In this document: positions 28,600 to 44,800 of the stretch, in pieces
How positions within the stretch are numbered: position 1 is the first letter of the stretch
How the letters are laid out: each line of letters opens with the position of its first letter
Assembly: GCF_964355755.1 (NCBI RefSeq)
Contig: NC_092675.1
Location: forward strand, 14,108,912 to 14,172,911
Direction: 5' to 3'
Source of the DNA: Antedon mediterranea
Lineage: Eukaryota > Animalia > Echinodermata
Length of the DNA: 64,000 bases
The notes under the pieces: generated by a model
The model's input: the letters and a program-made list of their open reading frames with translations, nothing else
What the model was told of the DNA's origin: nothing
Database searches by the model: none
Translations under genes and position numbers: made by a program

Positions 28600-31500
28600 T
28601 TAACATAAAAACACGAAAGTGCTTAGAATCACATTATAAACCGTTTTAGACCATTTTGAGCATTTCGATAACAATTTTCACACAAAAACATCAAAGAGCA
28701 CAAAATAGCTTAATATCGTATTTAAAAATGTTTTAGACCATTTTGAGCATTTAGATAAAACTTTTTCACACAAAACACCAAAGTGCTTAGAATAGCTTCA
28801 AATCGCATTTGGAGACGTTTTAGACCATTTTGTGATTTTTGAAAAAACTTGTTAACATAAAAACACCAAAGTGCTTAGAATAGCTTCAAATCACATTTGG
28901 AGATGTTTTAGACCATTTTGTGATTTTTGAAAAAACTTGTTAACATAAAAACACGAAAGTGCTTAGAATAGCTTCAAATCACATTTGGAGACGTTTTAGA
29001 CCATTTTGTGATTTTTGAAAAAACTTGTTAACATAAAAACACGAAAGTGCTTAGAATAGCTTCAAATCGCATTTGGAAACGTTTTAGACCATTTTGTGAT
29101 TTTCGAAAAAGATTGTTAACATAAAAACACCAATGTGCTTAGAATCACATTATAAACCGTTTTAGACCATTTTGAGCATTTCGATAACAATTTTCACACA
29201 AAAACATCAAAGAGCACAAAATAGCTTAATATCGTATTTATAAATGTTTTAGACCATTTTGTGATTTTCGAAAAAACTTTTTCACACAAAACACCAAAGT
29301 GCTTAGAATAGCTTCAAATCGCATTTGGAGACGTTTTAGACCATTTTGTGATTTCGATGAGACTTGATTACACAAAAACATCAAAGTGCTTAAAATCACA
29401 TTATAAACCGTTTTAGACCATTTTGAGCATTTCGATAACACTTTTCACACAAAAACATCAAAGAGCACAAAATAGCTTCATATCGTATTTAAAAACGTTT
29501 TAGACCATTTTGAGCATTTAGACAAAACTTTTTCACACAAAACACCAAAGTGCTTAGAATAGCTTCAAATCGCATTTGGAGACGTTTTAGAACATTTTGT
29601 GTTTTTCGAAAAAAACTGTTAACATAAAAACACCAAAGTGCTTAGAATCACATTATAAACCGTTTTAGACCATTTTGAGCATTTCGATGAAACTTGATTA
29701 CACAAAAACATCAAAGTGCTTAAAATCACATTATAAACCGTTTTAGACCATTTTGAGCATTTCGATAACACTTTTCACACAAAAACATCAAAGAGCACAA
29801 AATAGCTTAATATCGTATTTAAAAACGTTTTAGACCATTTTGAGCATTTAGATAAAACTTTTTCACACAAAACACCAAAGTGCTTAGAATAGCTTCAAAT
29901 CGCATTTGGAGACGTTTTAGAACATTTTGTGTTCTTCGAAAAAACCTGTTAACATAAAAACACCAAAGTGCTTAGAATAGCTTCAAATCGCATTTGGAGA
30001 CGTTTTAGACCATTTTGTGATTTTTTAAAAAACTTGTTAACATAAAAACACCAAAGTGCTTAGAATAGCTTCAAATCACATTTGGAGACGTTTTAGACCA
30101 TTTTGTGATTTTCGAAAAAACTTGTTAACATAAAAACACCAAAGTGCTTAGAATAGCGTCAAATCGTATTTGGAGACGTTTTAGACCATTTTGTGATTTT
30201 CGAAAAAACTTGTTAACATAAAAACACCAAAGTGCTTAGAATAGCTTCAAATCGCATTTGGAGACGGTTTAGACCATCTTGTGATTTTGAAAAAACTTGT
30301 TAACATAAAAACACCAAAGTGCTTAGAATAGCTTCAAATCGCATTTGGAGACGTTTTAGACCATTTTGTGATTTTCGAAAAAACTTGTTAACATAAAAAC
30401 ACCAAAGTGCTTAGAATAGCTTCAAATCGTATTTGGAGACGTTTTAGACCATTTTGAGATTTTCGAAAAAACTTGGTTACACAAAAACATCAAAGTGCTT
30501 AAAATCACATTATAAACCGTTTTAGACCATTTTGAGCATTTCGATAACACTTTTCACACAAAAACATCAAAGAGCACAAAATAGCTTAATATCGTATTTA
30601 AAAACGTTTTAGACCATTTTGAGCATTTCGACAAAACTTTTTCACACAAAACACCAAAGTGCTTAGAATAGCTTCAAATCGCATTTGGAGACGTTTTAGA
30701 CCAATTTGTGCATTTCGATGAAACTTGATTACACAAAAACATCAAAGTGCTTAAAATCACATTATAAACCGTTTTAGACCATTTTGAGCATTTCGATAAC
30801 ACTTTTCACACAAAAACATCAAAGAGCACAAAATAGCTTAATATCGTATTTAAAAACGTTTTAGACCATTTTGAGCATTTCGACAAAACTTTTTCACACA
30901 AAACACCAAAGTGCTTAGAATAGCTTCAAATCGCATTTGGAGACGTTTTAGACCAATTTGTGCATTTCGATGAAACTTGATTACACAAAAACATCAAAGT
31001 GCTTAAAATCACATTATAAACCGTTTTAGACCATTTTGAGCATTTCGATAACACTTTTCACACAAAAACATCAAAGAGCACAAAATAGCTTAATATCGTA
31101 TTTAAAAACGTTTTAGACCATTTTGAGCATTTAGACAAAACTTATTCACACAAAACACCAAAGTGCTTAGAATAGCTTCAAATCGCATTTGGAGACGTTT
31201 TAGACCAATTTGTGATTTTTGAAAAAACTTGTTAACATAAAAACACCAAAGTGTGTTTTGAATAGCTTCAAATCACATTTGGAGACGTTTTAGACCATTT
31301 TGTGATTTTCGAATAAACTTGTTAACATAAAAACACGAAAGTGCTTAGAATAGCTTCAAATCGCATTTGGAAACGTTTTAGACCATTTTGTGATTTTCGA
31401 AAAAACTTGTTAACATAAAAACACGAAAGTGCTTAGAATAGCTTCAAATCGCATTTGGAAACGTTTTAGACCATTTTGTGATTTTCGAAAAAACTTGTTA

Positions 31501-34400
31501 ACATAAAAACACGAAAGTGCTTAGAATCACATTATAAACCGTTTTAGACCATTTTGAGCATTTCGATAACAATTTTCACACAAAAACATCAAAGAGCACA
31601 AAATAGCTTAATATCGTATTTAAAAATGTTTTAGACCATTTTGAGCATTTAGATAAAACTTTTTCACACAAAACACCAAAGTGCTTAGAATAGCTTCAAA
31701 TCGCATTTGGAGACGTTTTAGACCATTTTGTGATTTTTGAAAAAACTTGTTAACATAAAAACACCAAAGTGCTTAGAATAGCTTCAAATCACATTTGGAG
31801 ATGTTTTAGACCATTTTGTGATTTTTGAAAAAACTTGTTAACATAAAAACACGAAAGTGCTTAGAATAGCTTCAAATCACATTTGGAGACGTTTTAGACC
31901 ATTTTGTGATTTTTGAAAAAACTTGTTAACATAAAAACACGAAAGTGCTTAGAATAGCTTCAAATCGCATTTGGAAACGTTTTAGACCATTTTGTGATTT
32001 TCGAAAAAGATTGTTAACATAAAAACACCAATGTGCTTAGAATCACATTATAAACCGTTTTAGACCATTTTGAGCATTTCGATAACAATTTTCACACAAA
32101 AACATCAAAGAGCACAAAATAGCTTAATATCGTATTTATAAATGTTTTAGACCATTTTGTGATTTTCGAAAAAACTTTTTCACACAAAACACCAAAGTGC
32201 TTAGAATAGCTTCAAATCGCATTTGGAGACGTTTTAGACCATTTTGTGATTTCGATGAGACTTGATTACACAAAAACATCAAAGTGCTTAAAATCACATT
32301 ATAAACCGTTTTAGACCATTTTGAGCATTTCGATAACACTTTTCACACAAAAACATCAAAGAGCACAAAATAGCTTCATATCGTATTTAAAAACGTTTTA
32401 GACCATTTTGAGCATTTAGACAAAACTTTTTCACACAAAACACCAAAGTGCTTAGAATAGCTTCAAATCGCATTTGGAGACGTTTTAGAACATTTTGTGT
32501 TTTTCGAAAAAAACTGTTAACATAAAAACACCAAAGTGCTTAGAATCACATTATAAACCGTTTTAGACCATTTTGAGCATTTCGATGAAACTTGATTACA
32601 CAAAAAAATCAAAGTGCTTAAAATCACATTATAAACCGTTTTAGACCATTTTGAGCATTTCGATAACACTTTTCACACAAAAACATCAAAGAGCACAAAA
32701 TAGCTTAATATCGTATTTAAAAACGTTTTAGACCATTTTGAGCATTTAGATAAAACTTTTTCACACAAAACACCAAAGTGCTTAGAATAGCTTCAAATCG
32801 CATTTGGAGACGTTTTAGAACATTTTGTGTTCTTCGAAAAAACCTGTTAACATAAAAACACCAAAGTGCTTAGAATAGCTTCAAATCGCATTTGGAGACG
32901 TTTTAGACCATTTTGTGATTTTTGAAAAAACTTGTTAACATAAAAACACCAAAGTGCTTAGAATAGCTTCAAATCACATTTGGAGACGTTTTAGACCATT
33001 TTGTGATTTTCGAAAAAACTTGTTAACATAAAAACACCAAAGTGCTTAGAATAGCGTCAAATCGTATTTGGAGACGTTTTAGACCATTTTGTGATTTTCG
33101 AAAAAACTTGTTAACATAAAAACACCAAAGTGCTTAGAATAGCTTCAAATCGCATTTGGAGACGGTTTAGACCATCTTGTGATTTTGAAAAAACTTGTTA
33201 ACATAAAAACACCAAAGTGCTTAGAATAGCTTCAAATCGCATTTGGAGACGTTTTAGACCATTTTGTGATTTTCGAAAAAACTTGTTAACATAAAAACAC
33301 CAAAGTGCTTAGAATAGCTTCAAATCGTATTTGGAGACGTTTTAGACCATTTTGAGATTTTCGAAAAAACTTGGTTACACAAAAACATCAAAGTGCTTAA
33401 AATCACATTATAAACCGTTTTAGACCATTTTGAGCATTTCGATAACACTTTTCACACAAAAACATCAAAGAGCACAAAATAGCTTAATATCGTATTTAAA
33501 AACGTTTTAGACCATTTTGAGCATTTCGACAAAACTTTTTCACACAAAACACCAAAGTGCTTAGAATAGCTTCAAATCGCATTTGGAGACGTTTTAGACC
33601 AATTTGTGCATTTCGATGAAACTTGATTACACAAAAACATCAAAGTGCTTAAAATCACATTATAAACCGTTTTAGACCATTTTGAGCATTTCGATAACAC
33701 TTTTCACACAAAAACATCAAAGAGCACAAAATAGCTTAATATCGTATTTAAAAACGTTTTAGACCATTTTGAGCATTTCGACAAAACTTTTTCACACAAA
33801 ACACCAAAGTGCTTAGAATAGCTTCAAATCGCATTTGGAGACGTTTTAGACCAATTTGTGCATTTCGATGAAACTTGATTACACAAAAACATCAAAGTGC
33901 TTAAAATCACATTATAAACCGTTTTAGACCATTTTGAGCATTTCGATAACACTTTTCACACAAAAACATCAAAGAGCACAAAATAGCTTAATATCGTATT
34001 TAAAAACGTTTTAGACCATTTTGAGCATTTAGACAAAACTTTTTCACACAAAACACCAAAGTGCTTAGAATAGCTTCAAATCGCATTTGGAGACGTTTTA
34101 GACCAATTTGTGATTTTTGAAAAAACTTGTTAACATAAAAACACCAAAGTGTGTTTTGAATAGCTTCAAATCACATTTGGAGACGTTTTAGACCATTTTG
34201 TGATTTTCGAATAAACTTGTTAACATAAAAACACGAAAGTGCTTAGAATAGCTTCAAATCGCATTTGGAAACGTTTTAGACCATTTTGTGATTTTCGAAA
34301 AAACTTGTTAACATAAAAACACGAAAGTGCTTAGAATCACATTATAAACCGTTTTAGACCATTTTGAGCATTTCGATAACAATTTTCACACAAAAACATC
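28600..34400. repeat. 2898-bp tandem duplication within the satellite
   Basis: GTGTGTTTTGAATAG occurs at 31251/34149 and ACCATCTTG at 30273/33171. Identical ORF-track entries occur at 29238/32136. Boundaries are approximate. Confidence 0.85.
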
Positions 34401-35879
34401 AAAGAGCACAAAATAGCTTAATATCGTATTTAAAAATGTTTTAGACCATTTTGAGCATTTAGATAAAACTTTTTCACACAAAACACCAAAGTGCTTAGAA
34501 TAGCTTCAAATCGCATTTGGAGACGTTTTAGACCATTTTGTGATTTTTGAAAAAACTTGTTAACATAAAAACACCAAAGTGCTTAGAATAGCTTCAAATC
34601 ACATTTGGAGATGTTTTAGACCATTTTGTGATTTTTGATAAAACTTTTTCACACAAAACACCAAAGTGCTTAGAATAGATTCAAATCGCATTTGGAGACG
34701 GTTTAGACCATTTTGTGATTTTGAAAAAACTTGTTAACATAAAAACACGAAAGTGCATAGAATAGCTTCAAATCGCATTTGGAAACGTTTTAGAACATTT
34801 TGTGATTTTCGAAAAAGATTGTTAACATAAAAACACCAATGTGCTTAGAATCACATTATAAACCGTTTTAGACCATTTTGAGCATTTCGATAACAATTTT
34901 CACACAAAAACATCAAAGAGCACAAAATAGCTTAATATCGTATTTATAAATGTTTTAGACCATTTTGAGCATTTCGACAAAACTTTTTCACACAAAACAC
35001 CAAAGTGCTTAGAATAGCTTCAAATCGCATTTGGAGACGTTTTTTATACCATTTTGTGATTTCGATTAAACTTGATTACACAAAAACATCAAAGTGCTTA
35101 AAATCACATTATAAACCGTTTTAGACCATTTTGAGCATTTCGATAACACTTTTCACACAAAAACATCAAAGAGCACAAAATAGCTTAATATCGTATTTAA
35201 AAACGTTTTAGACCATTTTGAGCATTTAGACAAAACTTTTTCACACAAAACACCAAAGTGCTTAGAATAGCTTCAAATCGCATTTGGAGACGTTTTAGAA
35301 CATTTTGTGTTTTTCGAAAAAAACTGTTAACATAAAAACACCAAAGTGCTTAGAATAGCTTCAAATCGCATTTGGAGACGTTTTAGAACATTTTGTGTTC
35401 TTCGAAAAAACCTGTTAACATAAAAACACCAAAGTGCTTAGAATAGCTTCAAATCGCATTTGGAGACGTTTTAGACCATTTTGTGATTTTTGAAAAAACT
35501 TGTTAACATAAAAACACCAAAGTGCTTAGAATAGCTTCAAATCACATTTGGAGACGTTTTAGACCATTTTGTGATTTTCGAAAAAACTTGTTAACATAAA
35601 AACACGAAAGTGCTTAGAATAGCTTCAAATCGCATTTGGAAACGTTTTAGACCATTTTGTGATTTTCGAAAAAGATTGTTAACATAAAAACACCAAAGTG
35701 CTTAGAATAACAATATAAACCGTTTTAGACCATTTTGAGCATTTCGATAACAATTTTCATACAAAAACATCAAAGAGCACAAAATAGCTTAATATCGTAT
35801 TTAAAAATGTTTTAGACCATTTTGAGCATTTAGATAAAACTTTTTCACACAAAACACCAAAGTGCTAAGAATAGCTTCA

Positions 35880-38800
35880 AATCGAATTTGGAGACGGTTT
35901 AGACCATTTTGTGATTTTGAAAAAACTTGTTAACATAAAAACACCAAAGTGCTTAGAATAGCTTCAAATCGCATTTGGAGACGTTTTAGACCATTTTGTG
36001 ATTTTCGAAAAAACTTGTTAACATAAAAACACCAAAGTGCTTAGAATAGCTTCAAATCGTATTTGGAGACGTTTTAGACCATTTTGAGATTTTCGAAAAA
36101 ACTTGGTTACACAAAAACATCAAAGTGCTTAAAATCACATTATAAACCGTTTTAGACCATTTTGAACATTTCGATAACACTTTTCACACAAAAACATCAA
36201 AGAGCACAAAATAGCTTAATATCGTATTTAAAAACGTTTTAGACCATTTTGAGCATTTCGACAAAACTTTTTCACACAAAACACCAAAGTGCTTAGAATA
36301 GCTTCAAATCGCATTTGGAGACGTTTTAGACCAATTTGTGCATTTCGATGAAACTTGATTACACAAAAACATCAACGTGCTTAAAATCACATTATAAACC
36401 GTTTTAGACCATTTTGAGCATTTCGATAACACTTTTCACACAAAAACATCAAAGAGCACAAAATAGCTTAATATCGTATTTAAAAACGTTTTAGACCATT
36501 TTGAGCATTTAGACAAAACTTTTTCACACAAAACACCAAAGTGCTTAGAATAGCTTCAAATCGCATTTGGAGACGTTTTAGACCATTTTGTGCATTTCGA
36601 TGAAACTTGGTTACACAAAAACATCAAAGTGCTTAAAATCACATTATAAATCGTTTTAGACCATTTTGAGCATTTCGACAAAACTTTTTCACACAAAATA
36701 CCAAAGGGCTTAGAATAGCTTCAAATCGCATTTGGAGACGTTTTAGACCATTTTGTGATTTTCGAAAAAACTTTTTAACATAAAAACACCAAAGTGCTTA
36801 GAATAGCTTCAAATCACATTTGGAGACGTTTTAGACCATTTTGTGATTTTCGAAAAAACTTGGTTACACAAAAACATCAAAGTGCTTAAAATCACATTAT
36901 AAATCGTTTTAGACCATTTTGAGCATTTCGACAAAACTTTTTCACACAAAATACCAAAGGGCTTAGAATAGCTTCAAATCGCATTTGGAGACGTTTTAGA
37001 CCATTTTGTGATTTTCGAAAAAACTTTTTAACATAAAAACACCAAAGTGCTTAGAATAGCTTCAAATCACATTTGGAGACGTTTTAGACCATTTTGTGAT
37101 TTTCGAAAAAACTTGTTAACATAAAAACACGAAAGTGCTTAGAATAGCTTACAATCGCATTTGGAAACGTTTTAGACCATTTTGTGATTTTCGAAAAAAA
37201 TTGTTAACATAAAAACACCAAAGTGCTTAGAATCACATTATAAACCGTTTTAGACCATTTTGAGCATTTCGATAACAATTTTCACACAAAAACATCAAAG
37301 AGCACAAAATAGCTTAATATCGTATTTAAAAATGTTTTAGACCATTTTGAGCATTTAGATAAAACTTTTTCACACAAAACACCAAAGTGCTTAGAATAGC
37401 TTCGAATCGCATTTGGAGACGTTTTAGACCATTTTGTGATTTTTGAAAAAACTTGTTAACATAAAAACACCAAAGTGCTTAGAATAGCTTCAAATCACAT
37501 TTGGAGACGTTTTAGACCATTTTGTGATTTTCGAAAAAACTTGTTAACATAAAAACACGAAAGTGCTTAGAATAGCTTCAAATCGCATTTGGAAACGTTT
37601 TAGACCATTTTGTGATTTTCGAAAAAACTTGTTAACATAAAAACACGAAAGTGCTTAGAATAGCTTCAAATCGCATTTGGAAACGTTTTAGACCATTTTG
37701 TGATTTTCGAAAAAAAATTGTTAACATAAAAACACCAAAGTGCTTAGAATCACATTATAAACCGTTTTAGACCATTTTGAGCATTTCGATAACAATTTTC
37801 ACACAAAAACATCAAAGAGCACAAAATAGCTTAATATCGTATTTAAAAATGTTTTAGACCATTTTGAGCATTTAGATAAAACTTTTTCACACAAAACACC
37901 AAAGTGCTTAGAATAGCTTCAAATCACATTTGGAGACGTTTTAGACCATTTTGTGATTTTTGAAAAAACTTGTTAACATAAAAACACCAATGTGCTTAGA
38001 ATAGCTTCAAATCACATTTGGAGACGTTTTAGACCATTTTGTGATTTTTGAAAAAACTTGTTAACATAAAAACACGAAAGTGATTAGAATAGCTTCAAAT
38101 CACATTTGGAGACGTTTTAGACCATTTTGTGATTTTTGAAAAAACTTGTTAACATAAAAACACGAAAGTGCTTAGAATAGCTTCAAATCGCATTTGGAAA
38201 CGTTTTAGACCATTTTGTGATTTTCGAAAAAAATTGTTAACATAAAAACACCAAAGTGCTTAGAATCACATTATAAACCGTTATAGACCATTTTGAGCAT
38301 TTCGATAACAATTTTCACACAAAAACATCAAAGAGCACAAAATAGCTTAATATCGTATTTAAAAATGTTTTAGACCATTTTGAGCATTTAGATAAAACTT
38401 TTTCACACAAAACACCAAAGTGCTTAGAATAGCTTCAAATCACATTTGGAGACGTTTTAGACCATTTTGTGATTTTTGAAAAAACTTGTTAACATAAAAA
38501 CACGAAAGTGCTTAGAATAGCTTCAAATCGCATTTGGAAACGTTTTAGACCATTTTGTGATTTTCGAAAAAGATTGTTAACATAAAAACACGAATGTGCT
38601 TAGAATCACATTATAAACCGTTTTAGACCATTTTGAGCATTTCGATAACAATTTTCACAGAAAAACATCAAAGAGCACAAAATAGCTTAATATCGTATTT
38701 AAAAATGTTTTAGACCATTTTGAGCATTTGGATAAAACTTTTTCACACAAAACACCAAAGTGCTTAGAATAGCTTCAAATCGCATTTGGAGACGGTTTAG

Positions 38801-41800
38801 ACCATTTTGTGATTTTGAAAAAACTTGTTAACATAAAAACACCAAAGTGCTTAGAATAGCTTCAAATCGCATTTGGAGACGTTTTAGACCATTTTGTGAT
38901 TTTCGAAAAAACTTGTTAACATAAAAACACCAAAGTGCTTAGAATAGCTTCAAATCGTATTTGGAGACGTTTTAGACCATTTTGAGATTTTCGAAAAAAC
39001 TTGGTTACACAAAAACATCAAAGTGCTTAAAATCACATTATAAACCGTTTTAGACCATTTTGAGCATTTCGATAACACTTTTCACACAAAAACATCAAAG
39101 AGCACAAAATAGCTTAATATCGTATTTAAAAACGTTTTAGACCATTTTGAGCATTTCGACAAAACTTTTTCACACAAAACACCAAAGTGCTTAGAATAGC
39201 TTGAAATCGCATTTGGAGACGTTTTAGAACATTTTGTGTTTTTCGAAAAAAACTGTTAACATAAAAACACCAAAGTGCTTAGAATAGCTTCAAATCGCAT
39301 TTGGAGACGTTTTAGAACATTTTGTGTTTTTCGAAAAAACCTGTTAACATAAAAACACCAAAGTGCTTAGAATAGCTTCAAATCGCATTTGGAAACGTTT
39401 TAGACCATTTTGTGATTTTCGAAAAAGATTGTTAACATAAAAACACGAATGTGCTTAGAATCACATTATAAACCGTTTTAGACCATTTTGAGCATTTCGA
39501 TAACAATTTTCACAGAAAAACATCAAAGAGCACAAAATAGCTTAATATCGTATTTAAAAATGTTTTAGACCATTTTGAGCATTTGGATAAAACTTTTTCA
39601 CACAAAACACCAAAGTGCTTAGAATAGCTTCAAATCGCATTTGGAGACGGTTTAGACCATTTTGTGATTTTGAAAAAACTTGTTAACATAAAAACACCAA
39701 AGTGCTTAGAATAGCTTCAAATCGCATTTGGAGACGTTTTAGACCATTTTGTGATTTTCGAAAAAACTTGTTAACATAAAAACACCAAAGTGCTTAGAAT
39801 AGCTTCAAATCGTATTTGGAGACGTTTTAGACCATTTTGAGATTTTCGAAAAAACTTGGTTACACAAAAACATCAAAGTGCTTAAAATCACATTATAAAC
39901 CGTTTTAGACCATTTTGAGCATTTCGATAACACTTTTCACACAAAAACATCAAAGAGCACAAAATAGCTTAATATCGTATTTAAAAACGTTTTAGACCAT
40001 TTTGAGCATTTCGACAAAACTTTTTCACACAAAACACCAAAGTGCTTAGAATAGCTTGAAATCGCATTTGGAGACGTTTTAGAACATTTTGTGTTTTTCG
40101 AAAAAAACTGTTAACATAAAAACACCAAAGTGCTTAGAATAGCTTCAAATCGCATTTGGAGACGTTTTAGAACATTTTGTGTTTTTCGAAAAAACCTGTT
40201 AACATAAAAACACCAAAGTGCTTAGAATAGCTTCAAATCGCATTTGGAAACGTTTTAGACCATTTTGTGATTTTCGAAAAAAATTGTTAACATAAAAACA
40301 CCAAAGTGCTTAGAATCACATTATAAACCGTTATAGACCATTTTGAGCATTTCGATAACAATTTTCACACAAAAACATCAAAGAGCACAAAATAGCTTAA
40401 TATCGTATTTAAAAACGTTTTAGACCATTTTGAGCATTTCGACAAAACTTGTTAACATAAAAACACCAAAGTGCTTAGAATAGCTTCAAATCGCATTTGG
40501 AGACGTTTTAGACCATTTTGTGATTTTTGAAAAAACTTGTTAACATAAAAACACCAAAGTGCTTAGAATAGCTTCAAATCACATTTGGAGACGTTTTAGA
40601 CCATTTTGTGATTTTCGAGAAAACTTGTTAACATAAAAACACGAAAGTGCTTAGAATAGCTTCAAATCACATTTGGAGACGTTTTAGACCATTTTGTGAT
40701 TTTTGAAAAAACTTGTTAACATAAAAACACGAAAGTGCTTAGAATAGCTTCAAATCGCATTTGGAAACGTTTTAGACCATTTTGTGATTTTCGAAAAAGA
40801 TTGTTACAATAAAAACACCAAAGTGCTTAGAATCACATTATAAACCGTTTTAGACCATTTTGAGCATTTCGATAACAATTTTCACACAAAAACATCAAAG
40901 AGCACAAAATAGCTTAATATCGTATTTAAAAATGTTTTAGACCATTTTGAGCATTTAGGTAAAACTTTTTCACACAAAACACCAAAGTGCTTAGAATAGA
41001 TTCAAATCGCATTTGGAGACGGTTTAGACCATTTTGTGATTTTGAAAAAACTTGTTAACATAAAAACACCAAAGTGCTTAGAATAGCTTCAAATCGCATT
41101 TGGAGACGTTTTAGACCATTTTGTGATTTTCGAAAAAACTTGTTAACATAAAAACACCAAAGTGCTTAGAATAGCTTCAAATCGTATTTGGAGACGTTTT
41201 AGACCATTTTGAGATTTTCGAAAAAACTTGGTTACACAAAAACATCAAAGTGCTTAAAATCACATTATAAACCGTTTTAGACCATTTTGAGCATTTCGAT
41301 AACACTTTTCACACAAAAACATCAAAGAGCACAAAATAGCTTAATATCGTATTTAAAAACGTTTTAGACCATTTTGAGCATTTCGACAAAACTTTTCACA
41401 CAAAACACCAAAGTGCTTAGAATAGCTTCAAATCGCATTTGGAGACGTTTTAGACCAATTTGTGCATTTCGATGAAACTTGATTACACACAAAAACATCA
41501 AAGTGCTTAAAATCACATTATAAACCGTTTTAGACCATTTTGAGCATTTCGATAACACTTTTCACACAAAAATATCAAAGAGCACAAAATAGCTTAATAT
41601 CGTATTTAAAAACGTTTTAGACCATTTTGAGCATTTAGACAAAACTTTTTCACACAAAACACCAAAGTGCTTAGAATAGCTTCAAATCGCATTTGGAGAC
41701 GTTTTAGACCATTTTGTGCATTTCGATGAAACTTGGTTACACAAAAACATCAAAGTGCTTAAAATCACATTATAAATCGTTTTAGACCATTTTGAGCATT

Positions 41801-44800
41801 TCGACAAAACTTTTTCACACAAAATACCAAAGTGCTTAGAATAGCTTCAAATCGCATTTGGAGACGTTTTAGACCATTTTGTGATTTTCGAAAAAACTTT
41901 TTAACATAAAAACACCAAAGTGCTTAGAATAGCTTCAAATCACATTTGGAGACGTTTTAGACCATTTTGTGATTTTCGAAAAAACTTGTTAACATAAAAA
42001 CACGAAAGTGCTTAGAATAGCTTCAAATCGCATTTGGAAACGTTTTAGACCATTTTGTGATTTTCGAAAAAAATTGTTAACATAAAAACACAAAAGTGCT
42101 TAGAATCACATTATAAACCGTTTTAGACCATTTTGAGCATTTCGATAACAATTTTCACACAAAAACATCAAAGAGCACAAAATAGCTTAATATCGTATTT
42201 AAAAATGTTTTAGACCATTTTGAGCATTTAGATAAAACTTTTTCACACAAAACACCAAAGTGCTTAGAATAGCTTCAAATCGCATTTGGAGACGTTTTAG
42301 ACCATTTTGTGATTTTTGAAAAAACTTGTAAACATAAAAACACCAAAGTGCTTAGAATAGCTTCAAATCACATTTGGAGACGTTTTAGACCATTTTGTGA
42401 TTTTCGAAAAAAACTTGTTTACATAAAGACACGAAAGTGCTTAGAATATCTTCAAATCGCATTTGGAAACGTTTTAGACCATTTTGTGATTTTCGAAAAA
42501 ACTTGTTAACATAAAAACACGAAAGTGCTTAGAATAGCTTCAAATCGCATTTGGAAACGTTTTAGACCATTTTGTGATTTTCGAAAAAAATTGTTAACAT
42601 AAAAACACCAAAGTGCTTAGAATCACATTATAAACCGTTTTAGACCATTTTGAGCATTTCGATAACAATTTTCACACAAAAACATCAAAGAGCACAAAAT
42701 AGCTTAATATCGTATTTAAAAATGTTTTAGACCATTTTGAGCATTTAGATAAAACTTTTTCACACAAAACACCAAAGTGCTTAGAATAGCTTCAAATCGC
42801 ATTTGGAGACGTTTTAGACCATTTTGTGATTTTTGAAAAAACTTGTTAACATAAAAACACCAATGTGCTTAGAATAGCTTCAAATCACATTTGGAGACGT
42901 TTTAGACCATTTTGTGATTTTTGAAAAAACTTGTTAACATAAAAACACGAAAGTGCTTAGAATAGCTTCAAATCACATTTGGAGACGTTTTAGACCATTT
43001 TGTGATTTTTGAAAAAACTTGTTAACATAAAAACACGAAAGTGCTTAGAATAGCTTCAAATCGCATTTGGAAACGTTTTAGACCATTTTGTGATTTTCGA
43101 AAAAGATTGTTAACATAAAAACACCAAAGTGCTTAGAATCACATTATAAACCGTTTTAGACCATTTTGAGGATTTCGATAACAATTTTCACACAAAAACA
43201 TCAAAGAGCACAAAATAGCTTAATATCGTATTTAAAAATGTTTTAGACCATTTTGAGCATTTTAGATAAAACTTTTTCACACAAAAAACCAAAGTGCTTA
43301 GAATAGCTTCAAATCGAATTTGGAGACGGTTTAGACCATTTTGTGATTTTGAAAAAACTTGTTAACATAAAAACACCAAAGTGCTTAGAATAGCTTCAAA
43401 TCGCATTTGGAGACGTTTTAGACCATTTTGTGATTTTCGAAAAAACTTGTTAACATAAAAACACCAAAGTGCTTAGAATAGCTTCAAATCGTATTTGGAG
43501 ACGTTTTAGACCATTTTGAGATTTTCGAAAAAACTTGGTTACACAAAAACATCAAAGTGCTTAAAATCACATTATAAACCGTTTTAGACCATTTTGAACA
43601 TTTCGATAACACTTTTCACACAAAAACATCAAAGAGCACAAAATAGCTTAATATCGTATTTAAAAACGTTTTAGACCATTTTGAGCATTTCGACAAAACT
43701 TTTTCACACAAAACACCAAAGTGCTTAGAATAGCTTCAAATCGCATTTGGAGACGTTTTAGACCAATTTGTGCATTTCGATGAAACTTGATTACACAAAA
43801 ACATCAACGTGCTTAAAATCACATTATAAACCGTTTTAGACCATTTTGAGCATTTCGATAACACTTTTCACACAAAAACATCAAAGAGCACAAAATAGCT
43901 TAATATCGTATTTAAAAACGTTTTAGACCATTTTGAGCATTTAGACAAAACTTTTTCACACAAAACACCAAAGTGCTTAGAATAGCTTCAAATCGCATTT
44001 GGAGACGTTTTAGACCATTTTGTGCATTTCGATGAAACTTGGTTACACAAAAACATCAAAGTGCTTAAAATCACATTATAAATCGTTTTAGACCATTTTG
44101 AGCATTTCGACAAAACTTTTTCACACAAAATACCAAAGGGCTTAGAATAGCTTCAAATCGCATTTGGAGACGTTTTAGACCATTTTGTGATTTTCGAAAA
44201 AACTTTTTAACATAAAAACACCAAAGTGCTTAGAATAGCTTCAAATCACATTTGGAGACGTTTTAGACCATTTTGTGATTTTCGAAAAAACTTGGTTACA
44301 CAAAAACATCAAAGTGCTTAAAATCACATTATAAATCGTTTTAGACCATTTTGAGCATTTCGACAAAACTTTTTCACACAAAATACCAAAGGGCTTAGAA
44401 TAGCTTCAAATCGCATTTGGAGACGTTTTAGACCATTTTGTGATTTTCGAAAAAACTTTTTAACATAAAAACACCAAAGTGCTTAGAATAGCTTCAAATC
44501 ACATTTGGAGACGTTTTAGACCATTTTGTGATTTTCGAAAAAACTTGTTAACATAAAAACACGAAAGTGCTTAGAATAGCTTACAATCGCATTTGGAAAC
44601 GTTTTAGACCATTTTGTGATTTTCGAAAAAAATTGTTAACATAAAAACACCAAAGTGCTTAGAATCACATTATAAACCGTTTTAGACCATTTTGAGCATT
44701 TCGATAACAATTTTCACACAAAAACATCAAAGAGCACAAAATAGCTTAATATCGTATTTAAAAATGTTTTAGACCATTTTGAGCATTTAGATAAAACTTT